DNA from: Takakia lepidozioides | Taxonomy: Eukaryota > Plantae > Bryophyta | Assembly: GCA_030704615.1 (NCBI GenBank) | Contig: CM060732.1 | Coordinates: 41,478,001 to 41,542,000 of the forward strand | DNA: 64,000 nucleotides | Direction: 5' to 3' | The notes under the pieces: model-generated | What the model was told of the DNA's origin: nothing | The model's database searches: none | What the model saw: only the letters and a program-made list of their open reading frames with translations | Translations under genes and position numbers: made by a program | In this document: positions 50,500 through 62,832 of the stretch, one piece after another | Numbering within the stretch: the first letter of the stretch is position 1 | How the letters are laid out: the number at the start of each line of letters is the position of its first letter

Positions 50500-50690
50500 C
50501 TCACAAATCAGGCCCCTTAATAGTGAGAGGAGAAAATACCTCTTTCACAATAATCGCGCCATGAAGGCTGAGAAATGGGACACCGCCTAGGGAAGGGGAA
50601 GAAGAGTAATATACCACACCCGTCAAGTAGCAGGAACCCCAAAATCATCTGGGTGGCACTCAGTGCACTTAACCAACTGAGTTACTGACT
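50500..50690 (-). mobile_element. SINE-like element with a tRNA-like head; related pieces near 49180-49220 and 51140-51190
   Basis: Minus-strand AGTCAGTAACTCAGTTGGTTAAGTGCAC (A box). CTCACAAATCAGGCCCCTT..GAGGAGAAAATA is repeated at 50500 and 51140. Confidence 0.5.
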
Positions 50691-51639
50691 GTTGGTCCTG
50701 TGCTTACTTCAAGCTATACTAGGGCTTCACGTTGCTCCGCACTACTAGCGACGAATACTGAGAACTACGTTCAATTTTCACAAAAAGGGGTGGGTCATCC
50801 CCATGGTGGTACATACATAGATCCCATGTTTCGTTGTTTTTCAGAAGAAGAACGGCGGAGTGTCGCCGAAGCTATTATATTATTTTTACTTTTCAAAGAA
50901 AAGAGAGCCAAAATCCTCTTGGTCCCTCCTCTTCGACATCCCCAGAGTTCGACAAGTCTGATATCAATTGGAAGCACATAAAGATTGCCACTAAGATTAA
51001 GCTGCATTACCATAGGTAGACACTAGACACCTAAGACTTAAAATTAAATTAAAATTAATTAATTTTATTTATTATAAATATTTAAATAAATAATTTTAAA
51101 TAAATAATTTTTTTTAAAAAAAAAACAAAAAAACAACTTCTCACAAATCAGGCCCCTTTCATTATAGTGAGGAGAAAATAACCTCTTTGATAAAGTTAAG
51201 GGGAAATTTTCCTTGTCAATGTCCAATGAATTACAGAGCCTACTGCTCAACACAACCCATCGAGGGGCCAATGGACGGTTTGAGGGCACATGTTGAAGGA
51301 TTGAACCCAGGATCACTACCCGAGCACAAGGCTCATGGGCCAGAAAATAACATTGGTAGGTATGCTGCCTGACAAAAGGCCAGTCTTGCCAGTCTTGAGA
51401 ATTGGAATTTGGAACGTTCAAGCAGTTCCTTTCAGTCAGAGCCATTTTATATTGCACCACTGGTTGAGGGGATCCCTTTTCAAGCTCATACCACGATGCA
51501 AGTTGACAGGCTGACTGGACATTACCTTCCTTGTGAAGGCAATGCAAGGAGATGCACCCATTAATCAAATGTAGTTTGATCACCAGCAACAGATGGTGTT
51601 AGTGTTTGTATTTAGTTTCAAAAAACTGGTGCCTTGCAA

Positions 51640-51910
51640 CCTAGTTCCATCTGTTGATATCAATTGAACCAACAAACAACAATTGTTCGGCCAACAATCT
51701 TTGAGATGAATTTGGTGGAGGTGTGGTAGTCTCCAAACACTCGAAGATTCTTTGATGAGTCCTGTTGATCAACCCAAAACCAATTAATGGCCAGCTTCTC
51801 ACTGTGGTGGCAAAGAGAAAATTCCTTTCCTCCACATCATGTAATACAAAGCGCATGTGAGGCACATACCCCGCCTCTTCATCTGCCCAGACAATTTTCT
51901 CAGCTCAGCA
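51640..51910 (-). pseudogene. Isolated, decayed DYW-domain fragment
   Basis: Across frameshifts it reads GYVPHMRFVLHDVEE..CHHSEKLA..FGLI..KNLRVFGDYHTSTKFISKIVGR. Both Zn cysteines are lost. Confidence 0.85.
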
Positions 51911-51916
51911 TGGATT

Positions 51917-52200
51917 CACTAAAGGAAAAACGCGGAATAACCACTGGCCCTTTAACCACTATTGTCTTTTTCTACTCTATAAACCACTAGTAACCACTTG
52001 CCAGAGGTTAATCCCAATGAAATGCCACGGTGGCATCACAGACAGTGGTTGGAAGTGGTTTCAACCTCAGTAGTCCACATGTAGTATTTTGTTTTTATTT
52101 ATTATTATTTATTTGATAATACATTTTAATTAATATATATATAATATTCCACGTGGACGAGTGCAGTGGTACATTGTGAGTGGTTGCTGTCATCTCCAGC
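51917..52200 (+). mobile_element. CACTA-like terminal segment
   Basis: Begins CACTAAAGGAAAAACGCGGAATAACCAC with AACCACT/AGTGGTT subterminal repeats; near copy at 54543. Confidence 0.6.
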
Positions 52201-52399
52201 CGAGACCTATGGCTATGTCGAGCCTTAATCCTTTGCACCAATATTCCCAACAAAAGCAGGAGCACTTACAATGCAACCCCGGAAAGCACCAGAGCTTAAT
52301 AACTTGATCAAGAACGCTTACAACCCTTCATGCGTGCTGATTTTTCAAGGTGGCAGCAACAGATCCGCTATCACTGATTGTGTAAGCCTTAACATGGAA

Positions 52400-54050
52400 T
52401 TGGCATAGGCTGCCCTCAAGTTCTAGATTGTTAACATAGGCCGAGCAGGTCGTGTAGTGAGCTGGGCCCCTTCTGTCTTCAAGGGACCGGCAGTTTCAGA
52501 TGACACCACATTAATGCCTAAATTGTCATCCTTCCCTGCTCCCTTTTATCTGACCCCTCCACGGTCAGATTCTTCAAGCCGCATCAGATTCCAGCTTACA
52601 AGCCTTTCAATTGATGTTCAAAGTGCCACAGCTACACTTGCTTGGTTATTGGGCAGAACTGATGTCGATAATGCAGGAAGGGAAATTTCTGGATCAGACC
52701 AGTGCATTGATCATTTCCCAAGACCACGTATGCTGCTTCTTCCGTTGGTTTTACCAAGATTGTACAATCTATGGCACCGTCAATTCATGCAGCCGCAATG
52801 TTTGAAACATGCACCATCTTGGCCGAGACTGGTTTGATCTGCCAACAAAACACATATGCAGCCCAGGGTAGAGTACATCCAAATCAAACAAGGGTCTTTC
52901 CTGCCAGCGCTTTACCTTCGGTGGAACAACCCATCTCACAAAGAATTCATACCAGTTCCCAACGTATATGGAGCGACCCTGGAAATTAGATTCTCGCACG
53001 GTACATTTGAGAGCAGTTGTTAACCCAACTGGTTGGCTTCCTTGGTCAGGTACCTTTGCATTCAAGACCCTTTTCTATGCAGAGTATCAAGCAGGGGGTC
53101 TCATGTGGTCTCATGCAATCAGGTATGAAGACATAGCCGCCCACGCACATGCGAGACCAGCGATTAGGCCTGGAATCAGGCTCAAATGCTTCGGATTCCT
53201 GCAGTAAAAGCACCTAGCAGCCACCATTCACACCAGCAGAAGCTCATGCAGACAGGTATGAAGACATAGCCGCCCCCTGGGAACTGTCTTGTACAATCCA
53301 ATCACGGCATTCACAAAACATAGAAACAAGATGTGGTATGGGATCCTCAAAATCGAACTGCTACACCCTGCGACTGATGGCATCGCGCTCTTGAAAGGCA
53401 ACATGGCGTTTGTCATGGAGATGGCCTCCGGGACCCCGGTGCAAGGAAAAGTAGAGAAAGCATACGACCTCCTCGCCACTACCGACTACCTCTCCCTGTA
53501 CATGACAAGCGAGTCTCCAATGGTGCAATAAGCCTCCATCCCTTGTCATTGATCGATTGGTCAAGTTCGGCCCGCACATCCACAGTCTGAACGGACCTGC
53601 TCCACCTCGCCAACTTCTACAATCACGCCAATGTGGTTCTCGCTAAGCTTCCCCCTCCCAACAGCTCGGCCACTCATCCCTTAGTGCTGGGAGATGCAAG
53701 CATGATACCGGAAGCAACGACGGGTGGATACAACCCACTTGCCCTGCTGGAATTAAACCACGCTGATCCCCTCGTCTGGGAATCACGAGCTTTGCAGCAA
53801 AACCATCCGCCGCGGCCACACTGATCCTCCTACCACCACAGCAGCCTGGTTTTGACACCAAGGACCCCACCGCAACAGGATTACCTGCAGCGCACACTCC
53901 AAAATGAGAATGTGTAGGGTACCCCTGTGAACGCTTCCACCAACCTCAAACAAACGGGCATCCCCAGCAACACTTCAAATGGTTTCCGTCTTCCTGTTCT
54001 GCTCCACTCGGCACACATAGCCAGTCTAACTGCAGGCTCCCCGTGACCAA
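52400..54050 (+). mobile_element. Long decayed ORF of an unidentified repeat family (paralog of 29700-30260)
   Basis: Protein-like pieces 52968-53207 and 53289-53531, the latter homologous to ORF 29900-30238. Confidence 0.5.
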
Positions 54051-54542
54051 GCTATATTCTAATAGTGCTTAAAAACAAAAACATCATATCTAGCTTAGCA
54101 CTAGAAAACTAGATAGGCTCATCTCTCTCGAGTGATAGATAACTAAAAACACACTGTTGACACAAGAAACATGAAAACCAACACCATCACTCATCACTCT
54201 TTAAAATAGAAGTCGAGCCAGGGGCACCCCAAGCTATGGGGACTCCACCCCACAACAACCTATTCTCCCTACATAAGCACACTCAAATTCTAAAGCGTGA
54301 AGGAGCTCAGTCGTGCAGGCTCAACTCGAAAGAGATAAGCCGCACGACTGACGCTCTCGTGAAGATAAGACGGTTCAGGTGTCAAACTAAACTTGACACC
54401 TGACTTAACACTTGAACTAAATCCAAGTGTTAAAAACAAATAACTAGCTTTATTCTAGTTAGTTTCACACTGTGTTTATTTAACTTGACATTGGTGACAG
54501 GGTGCACACCTTGTTGTAGATGACTCCCAGAATTAAGAAAAT

Positions 54543-55350
54543 CACTAGAGGAAAAATGCGGAATAACCACTCTGGCAACCACTCATTTTGAGTGGGAAAA
54601 GACACCCAACCACTCTGGCCCCAGAGTGGTATAGAACCAATGGATCTTGACTCAGCAGTGGTTAAAGACATGACGTGTCAGTGGTTACGATCACTTGCCT
54701 CCGAGTCCAGCTGTTCGCTTACGTGTCACAGTGGTAAACTAACCACTTCAGAACATAGACCACTTCCACCGTATGCGACGTGGACGGAACAACTCCGTCG
54801 ATCATACTTAGCAACGGACGGACACGTGTCCGTATCCATATGGACACGTGGCCGAATCCAGTTAGACGATTATGGGCTCCATTATCTGGACACGTGGCGA
54901 TATTGCAAATGAGCACATGCCCTATTTTAGGGATGTGCTGAAAAATGCAATGACTTCCCAAACAACTCTGTGAGTGAGACTTAAATGACTCTAATAGTCA
55001 TGATTCGAGAATAAACAATGTATATTATCACTGAATGTGTGGTTCTAATAGTATTGATGTGTGCTAAAACCACTTACTGAGTGGTTCTACCAGTATCAAT
55101 GTAGTGGTTAGGTTGTGTGCTAAAACCATTGACGAAGTGGTTCTACCAATACTGATGTAGTGATTAGGTTGTGTGCTAAAACCACTGACGAAGTCATCCA
55201 GTGTGTCCCACCAAGTAGGAACCATGTTTTTGAATTATTACTACCAAAGTGGTATATAAGTGATTGGGGCTACAACTGGAGGAGTACAACCACTCTTGCA
55301 TACTGTCACAGTCTTACATATACCACTGACAGAGTGGTGTGTAAGTGATT
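54543..55350 (+). mobile_element. CACTA-like non-autonomous terminal region
   Basis: Begins CACTAGAGGAAAAATGCGGAATAACCAC. Many AACCACT/AGTGGTT motifs and tandem GTGTGCTAAAACCA..AGTGGTTCTACCA units. Confidence 0.6.
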
Positions 55351-55984
55351 CATACATTCCCAATAATTCTCCTATAATTCCCATACATTCGAAGTCAATC
55401 TGCAAATCCAAATACTCTTGAAGATTCACCATTCAAAAAACAGAATAGAATCCAAGACACTAAGTGTTGGAACAGAGTCAACAAAATCCAACCATGATAA
55501 AGGGTGACATACTATATCTACACTACGTCTCCGCAGGCATGCTAAAAGCCATGAACTACTTTCTGCCTTTTGGTCAGTGATAGACATCTACCCATGCAGG
55601 TTTCTTGTAGCTATTGATCCATAGGGAATCATAGGTAACCTTATGCTTGAAATCCGGCCCTCTTGGATGAATCTGGACCCACACTCCATCCCTGCTCCTT
55701 CAGCTATCCATGCCTCTGCACAAACCATGCATACATCCTTGACTTGCTGCTAGCAGCTGACAATGACAGCCTACATCTGTTCTAGGAAACAACCAACTCA
55801 ACTTATCACTCTAGTTCCTATGCTCAATTGCATGTACTACTCTTTGTCTCTCTATAATCCAACAGGCATTCACCTTCTTGCCTCGATCATCCCACCATTG
55901 ACTGGGGTCAGAAAAGTATTCATTCCACAACTTCTCATTATCTCTGTTACCTATTTCTGGATACTTTCTATTGTCACATTGGCA

Positions 55985-56560
55985 GTATCATGCAACCATG
56001 CACCTCCAATGCCCTTTTCCAGGGCTGCCAGGCTTGCACACGCACTGCAAACACACACATGATGTGGTCAAACTTCACCCCTTCCCCCATCATTTGCTTT
56101 CAGGTCTCCAAAGCCCCATCCAGCACCCATGCTCTGCACACCTTGCAAGCATCACATTCCACAACACCACATCTCATTCAGCCATAGTGTTGAACACTCC
56201 CTTGGCATCCTCAATGCTACCATATTTGGCATACATGGCCACCAAAGCAGTGTTCAGGATGACATCTAGAACAATTGCAGATTTGATCATGTCACCAGGG
56301 ATCTCTTTGCCCTTTTCCAGGGCTGCCAGACACACTGCAAACACACACAAACCTTATGTCGGCGGGCTTCACCCCTTCCCCCATCATTTGCTCATAGGTT
56401 GGAGAGCCTCCATCCCGCACCCTTGCTGTGCATACCCCGCAAGCATCGCACTCCACGACACCACATCTCGTTCAGCCATAGTGTTGAACACTCCCTTGGC
56501 ATCCTCGATGCACCCACATTTGGCATACATGTCCACCAGGGCATGGGCAGGGTTCAGAAT
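55985..56560 (-). pseudogene. PLS PPR pseudogene fragment (two near-duplicate S-P-L units)
   Basis: ALVDMYAKCGCIEDAKGVFNTMAERDVVSWSAMLAGYAQQG; 56010-56250 resembles 56310-56540. Confidence 0.8.
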
Positions 56561-56619
56561 GACATCTGGTAATCTGACAAACATTCTCCTTTTAGAATTG
56601 TTCCAACAAATGCCCCAAC

Positions 56620-56771
56620 TTAGAGGCTGTAGTGTCCAAAGCCATGTCCGTTTCCAGAAAATTGTCTGATGAAAATAAAGCTAGGCAGAAAACTTACCTG
56701 GACTTGTTTCCAGTCTGTGACATGGGAGAGGACATCATGGATGACCTCAAGGGTCTACCCACTCTCGGCAC
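56620..56771 (+). mobile_element. Internal fragment of LINE family A
   Basis: Matches 710-861. Confidence 0.85.
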
Positions 56772-57739
56772 CACTTCAAGTGGACTAGGTTGGTCTCTGC
56801 TACTCCCACGTTGTTTGCTAGGATGCATCTGCAGCAACTTCCACTAGGTCAGTGGTAGCAGATGCAAAATCATCAATCTAAATCTCATACCCAACTCAAC
56901 AAATGTCAAATTACAGTTTCTTGTGTTTACACATCCACTGCATTCTGGTGTATTTGTCAAAGATGGGTTGATTGACTGCACAGTGGGATCGTGTTTTCTG
57001 TTTTATGATGGAGTAGAGGGGCTCATGAAACTGGATGGTTGCTGGCCTACTAGATGGTTGCTGGCCCAACTGCTGTGAGTCCCCAATAACCTGGGGTAGG
57101 CCAAATAGAGCCAGCCAAGGTTCCTTGGCAACAGAGCTAAAAGGGTATTGCTGCACACATGCCTGGCAAGTGAGATACCAGTAGAAACACAGATTGTCTT
57201 GCTGACAAACCCTAGACACAGTTGACATCTGCACATGGTGGACATTGGTGTGCGATGGCTACCCCTCCATAAGAAGTAAACAGCCTAAGCTTTCTTAGGG
57301 AAAATGGAATCGCTCTCCACTCCAGTAAACATTCTATAAGAAAGACTTAACAAGAGCAACTTGTGAAAGCGTCCAGACCTGCAGATGTGCTAACAGCATC
57401 ACGAGTAGAGCATAGGAGCCAATTCCACCATGATAGACCTGAAGAATACAAATAGATTCATTAACAAATCAGATGACCAGCCAATGCTAGGAACTAAGAT
57501 CCACAGGGACATGACATAACACATCCAAAATGGCAGGTATACATATTTCAAGAGGTCCTCCCCTTCAATTGAAAACTCCAGCATACGCTATACATAATGA
57601 GGTATGGAAGGATCGACATTCCCATACCATCTGATTGAGAAATTTTAGGGTTATTCCACATTCGCAATCCCCACTCCCCGGTGCATACAGGCTGCTTAAG
57701 GTTTCTTGCAAAGTCGATGTTCACGAAATCTGCAGGATG

Positions 57740-58070
57740 GACAAACTTCTTCACATCCTACATTAAGAAAAAGCCACACCTTGCGATTGCGATTGTCCCA
57801 CCATCGTGAAGGATCTGTAAAAAACTCATGCGAGCTATGCTCCGTGCTGCAAATTCAGGGCCGAGTCTGATGAGAGGGCAAAATAGGCTGAAATAGGTCG
57901 AAGAAGAAGGTGCCCTCACCACATTGTCGTCGACCTTGTGTCATGACCCATGGAGGATTTGACAGACCATGAACCCAAACGGACCTCTTGTGTGTGCTGC
58001 TTGTGTCTGTAGTCAGGTAATGTCGGATTGTCCATGAGAACCACCACGGTGCAGCTGAGCGAGCGAGCAG
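57740..58070 (+). repeat. Unidentified repeat (blocks X and Y), with inverted copies at 62913-63105 and 63587-63669
   Basis: GCTGCAAATTCAGGGCCGA..GGCTGAAATAGGTCGAAGAAGAAGGTGCCCTCACCACATTGTC and GGACCTCTTGTGTGTGC..GAGAACCACCACGGTGCAGCTGAGC are both found reverse-complemented downstream. Confidence 0.85.
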
Positions 58071-58416
58071 AGATTGAAACGCGATTTGCTAAGACCAACC
58101 TGCACGATGACTTAGTGTGCGCAGCAGCGATAGGGCTTAGTGGGGCTTAGTGGGGCTTAGTGCATGAGGGGAAAAAAAAACAACGCGAGGAGTTTGAACC
58201 CGCGACCCTGCGACACGCAGGAAGAGCCCGTACCAGTACGTTACATGCACACATTTGAAATTTCCCCCCAAAAGTATGCATATATTGTACATACGTGATG
58301 GGCAACTTTTTAAGTTTTTTAACCTTTTTACAAACCCTATAAGCAACTTTTTGTTTATTTTTATTTTTATTTTAAATTTCAAGGAAACCTCATGCCCTTG
58401 AGGTGGGGGAAAAATT

Positions 58417-58567
58417 AACCCCCTTTCATTTATGGGCCATGAGACCTACAGGAGGATCAACGCCCAGACATACCATCGTCACAAACAATCCCACACATGG
58501 GGTAATGCAGCGGGTTTGAACCCTGAACCACTAGGGCAACACACTCTGCACTTATTAGCCGATGTGC
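58417..58567 (-). mobile_element. tRNA-derived SINE, second copy
   Basis: Aligns with 27441-27580; minus-strand B box GGTTCAAACCC. Confidence 0.7.
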
Positions 58568-58671
58568 TTTTTTTAAATCTTTTGCACTTTGATTTTTTTT
58601 TAAATTCATTTTAGTGGTTACAAGTGAGCACATAGATGTATTCCATGAAGATAAACAAAACTGTTCATCCG

Positions 58672-58806
58672 GTGTCTTCACGGTGGATGTATCCCATGGA
58701 GCGTTACATGAAAGATCTTAAGGGATACGTTAGGAATTACGCAAAGCCAAAAGGGAGTACGGCTGCAGGGTATGATCTTGATGAGACCATGGGTTATTAC
58801 ACGTAG
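58672..58806 (+). mobile_element. CACTA (En/Spm) transposase fragment, DUF4218-like
   Basis: Translates RWMYPMERYMKDLKGYVRNYAKPKGSTAAGY; absent from the ORF track. Confidence 0.85.
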
Positions 58807-59660
58807 AGTAGCAAGTGGTTTCAACCACTTCCCATCACTGAGTTCGGTGGGAGCTAGGAGGTAAGAAGCTGCAAGATGGACTGGAGGCGAAGGATCGAAG
58901 CTCGGGAGTCGGCATAGCTACGGATCTCGACTGGAGGAGAGCAGGTCACTGGGAACCAAGAGTCGTTGTGGTGCATTTGTAAACACAATTGAAATCCTGG
59001 GAAATATAGGTCACGCTGCCAGGGAGTCTGTGGTGAGAACTACATGAACACGTTTGGAACCTGTTAAGATAATGTGGGAACAGCGTTTAATGGCGAGAAC
59101 GTTTTGGTGTTAAAAAATAAAAAATAAATAATAATAACCTTTTTGATCTAATTTCAATGATTTAGAGCCTAATTGGTCATATCTTTGTTAAATGGACTCT
59201 GTTTGACTCAGTTTTTGGGGGGATAGATGCAGAAAGGGGAAATCTACCTATCTAGTAGAGGTTTTAGTTTTTAGGATTCTGCTAAAAATCTATGGAATTT
59301 TTTGAGTGTGAGTGTGCTATGAAAGATCCACAATTCTGTTTCTAGAACCTGTTGTGGTCTACATGAGAGATAAATCTGGGGATGTACTCCTTGTATGGCT
59401 GGGGGAAATGAGGACGTAATTGAAGGGCAGGTCTCTTCTCTTAGCCTGTGCACCCAAGGGGACAAGATTTATGTTTCTCAAGGAACTCAGACTGATTTGA
59501 GTGGAGAATAGTTGGATGAGTTGATTGCATACTGGGAGTCAGACATTAGTAGTAGACAACAAACTGCTGTAGTTGGCGTTGAGGGCCTCAATATTGCTTT
59601 GGACAGTCAAACTCTGTTGGAGCCAGCAGTTGTGTAGCTGTAGGTAAAATACCAAAGTGG

Positions 59661-60143
59661 GTGAAAGCTAGGCTTGGAACACAGCCAAAGACAGCCCCGG
59701 GGACCAAGGTGTTCAGCCACAAGGCCGTGGTGTACTGGAGCAGAGGAGCAGGAGCTACACAAGTTTGTGCAATCAGACATGGTTGCAGTCGGACACGCTC
59801 TGCACAAGGCAACCACGAGCGGGGGTTCATTAGCAATGACAAGTTTGTTCTGCTTGAAGGAGATGAAGTCATTCGCAATGAGGACACCCGCAACCGTCTC
59901 AAAGCTTTCGAGTTGAGAGACTGTCAGACCCTACCTTTATTTTCTTTAGTGTTCAGTGAGCAGGAGATAGGGGAGTATTGCTTTGTCTCTACCTGGCAAA
60001 AAGAGGAGGAGGGTTGGTTAGAGCAAGCTACTGTAGCTTGGGACAAGGTTAGTGGCAGGTTTCTGGACATAGATATACCTCTTACACCTTACCATCATGC
60101 AAAGCGAGGCACTTTGAGAGAAGTCTGGCAGTTGATAGCATAG
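59661..60143 (+). CDS. Hypothetical ORF upstream of gag, probably part of the retroelement
   Basis: 160-codon protein-like open frame on the same strand, ~500 bp before gag; no recognised domain. Confidence 0.35.
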   Translation: MKARLGTQPKTAPGTKVFSHKAVVYWSRGAGATQVCAIRHGCSRTRSAQGNHERGFISNDKFVLLEGDEVIRNEDTRNRLKAFELRDCQTLPLFSLVFSEQEIGEYCFVSTWQKEEEGWLEQATVAWDKVSGRFLDIDIPLTPYHHAKRGTLREVWQLIA

Positions 60144-60658
60144 ATCAGGATTAGATCTTGCTTGGTCGGGCTTCTATTCTTCCCCTCCCTCTCTTTACTA
60201 TTTTCATTACTTTGTACTTGTAGTTGCCAAAGCCTCTCTTGGTGGAGGCCAGTCAGTCCGGGGTTTTGGGCTGGGATATTCTGCAGGATCAGCATTGCAA
60301 ATGGATTTTGGTGTGGGAGTGTTGATGTTTTGATTTCTTGTGTTTGGATCCCCCCCAACACCTGCATGCTTGACTGTGCGCCATGTTGGTTTTGTGTGGG
60401 CGCTTGGTTTCATAGGGATTAGGCCGGATTTGATCACCGGTCAATCCTAGAGTATGCTGTCGGTGGTGAGGCTGGAGTGATGACCAGCAAGACCACCAGT
60501 GTTTCTTCTATGGTGAGACTGGGTTGATGACCAGCCAACCATAGGAGTTGGTGGATGCAGGTGCAGGTGCCCTGAGCCACTGGGATATGACCCTTAAACT
60601 GCAACAGGTGCCCACCTGTGTCACTATTAGAATTAGTACTAGAGCCTTATAGTATCAC

Positions 60659-62460
60659 GTGGGGGAGGTGCACATTGTGAGTGTCATCACGGAGTTACCC
60701 AAAGGTTTTGAGGGGAGTACGACTACAGGCAGTAACAGTGAGAGTGGGTTTACAAGACGAGGTATTCGGTTCAGACCACCTTCACCTCCACCCTCAACTA
60801 CTGCAGAGTCTGACACAGACTCGGAGGCTTCATCAACAAATGTGCAGTTTCATTCGCCATTGTTGTGGGACGACATGGAGGAGATGTATGGAGCTACCAA
60901 GGGGCCTCGTAGGTACTCGGGAGCTGTGGGCACAATTGAGTTGGATGACTTTATCTAGGAGTTCGACAACTGGTGTGATTTGCAGCAGATGCGCAATCCA
61001 CAGCTGTTCACCCCATTCATGGCGTGGAAGGGACTGTTCCAGCATTTGGAAGGCCCGCCTATGGACGATTACCACGAGTTCAGGCGAGGACATGAAGCAA
61101 AGATTGAGGAGTGGAGGATGTATTGGTCACCTGACTACGTCTCCATTACTCGAGGCACGACGCGACCAGTAGCTGCATCAGCACCAATATCTCCCACTGC
61201 CAGCACTAGTAGTGGAACAAGTAGTGCCGGTACTTCTGCAGGTGGTACCAGTTCAAAAGGTGCTACTACTCCTCCTACCACGACTACAACACATGTGTCT
61301 AGATTCAACCCGGTGGTGGAGTTCTTCCAGGAGTTGCGGAGGAACTACCAAGGTGTACGGACAGAGAAGCTGCGAAGTTTGCAAGACGTCCAACGCAAAC
61401 CCAGTGAGAGCCTGCGAGAGGCGTACACTCGTATGAGGCGCTTGATAAGTGTGACCCAAGGGGTACTGAAGCTCAAGCAATCCAGTTCTGGTATGGAATT
61501 TTGGACAAGGAGCTCAGGAGAAGGGTGCGGGATGCAACCCTGTTACAAGCAGCCCAACCCACATTAGCAGATGTGTTTCTACTGGCTGAGCGGATTGAGC
61601 TCACCATGGTGGAGGAGCGAGTTGTTACCATTGGATTTGGCAAGGACATGCTTGCACGAGGTGCAGTTGCCAGCCAACAGGTACAAGGGACTGCCCAACA
61701 GCGTGGTCAGGGGGGCAAGGTTGCCCAACCCAAATTCCATGGAGCTTACAGGGGACCTCAGGTACAGAGGCCAGTAGCTTCTTTTGCAGACCAACAGCAA
61801 CCAGGGGTGGTATGTTGGACATGTGGAGGACCCCATGTCAAGAAAGATTGCCCAGAGAGTGGCAAAAGGTCGGCACAAGCACGGCCTGCACAGTTGCAGT
61901 GTGGGCATTGTGGCAAGTATGGGCATGGAGATGCCCAGTGTTATGACTTGCATCCTGAGTTGCGCCCAGGCCAGTTCCAAGGGAACAATGGTGGCCGGGG
62001 GCAAGGTAGACCAGCCCAGAGAGGACGAGGTGGCCGGGCACGAGGTGCAGGCCAAGGGCAAGCTCAACATGGCCAAGGACGCGGAGGTCAGGGTGTTGAC
62101 CAAGGCATGGCCAACCGGCTTCAGCAGCTAGAGCAGAGGCTCGTTGCCATGGCTACAGCTCAGGTGGTACCGGCTCCCAAGCAGGATGGTCCACCTCCTG
62201 CTCCTGAGGGAGGAGATATGGGAGGCATGGGATTCATGTGCGGAGCAGCACTACCACTAGAGCAGGTGGAGTCTGCTGCAGTCGTGACTCGAGGAGCAGC
62301 ACGAGTTCCTGAGCCACGAGGTGCAGAGGTGGAATTGGATCCACAGCGTGGGGAGGCAAGCCGTCAGGCGAGGCTTCCTCAATCATTCACATTGGCGGAG
62401 ACAGTGTCGACGCCATCCATGGCACCTAGTTCTCGCCCTGGGGGGTGCACTCCTCATTAA
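60659..62460 (+). mobile_element. LTR-retrotransposon gag pseudogene (Ty3/gypsy-like), truncated before pol
   Basis: Capsid-like QRKPSESLREAYTRMRRL and two zinc knuckles (CWTCGGPHVKKDC, CGHCGKYGHGDAQC). Stop at 60956-60958 and a frameshift near 61460. Confidence 0.85.
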
Positions 62461-62654
62461 ATGTACCAGCCACGTGCGTGCACAGGAGGGGGTATTTTAA
62501 ACCCCCCATGTACAACATTATACATACAGAGGGGGGTTTAAAACACCTTAAATATAATTTTACAGGAGGGGGTTGTTGTATTTCAAGGGGTAGTGTAGTG
62601 GTAAGAAAGACGTTTTGGCCGCGATGCACCGCGGGATCAAATCGCGGGATCATC

Positions 62655-62832
62655 TCTTTGTTTGATTTTGTTTTTGTTTTTGTTTTTTTCTCTCCGCGAT
62701 CTTTCTCCCCTTCCCTCCCGCCGCTTTCTCTTTTCCCTCTCCTCCTCTCATCTCCTCTCCACTCCTCTCCCACGTTCGCCTTCCCTTCCACGGGCTTTCT
62801 CTTCTCCCTCCTCTCCTCTCCCCTCCTCTCCA
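62655..62832 (+). repeat. Polypyrimidine (CT-rich) low-complexity tract
   Basis: (TTTTTG)n followed by CTCCTCTC-type repeats. Confidence 0.85.

Noticed and set aside
57860-57900. Hammerhead ribozyme (CTGATGA...GAAA)
   Set aside because: Stem II does not pair convincingly and the second copy has CTGTTGA.
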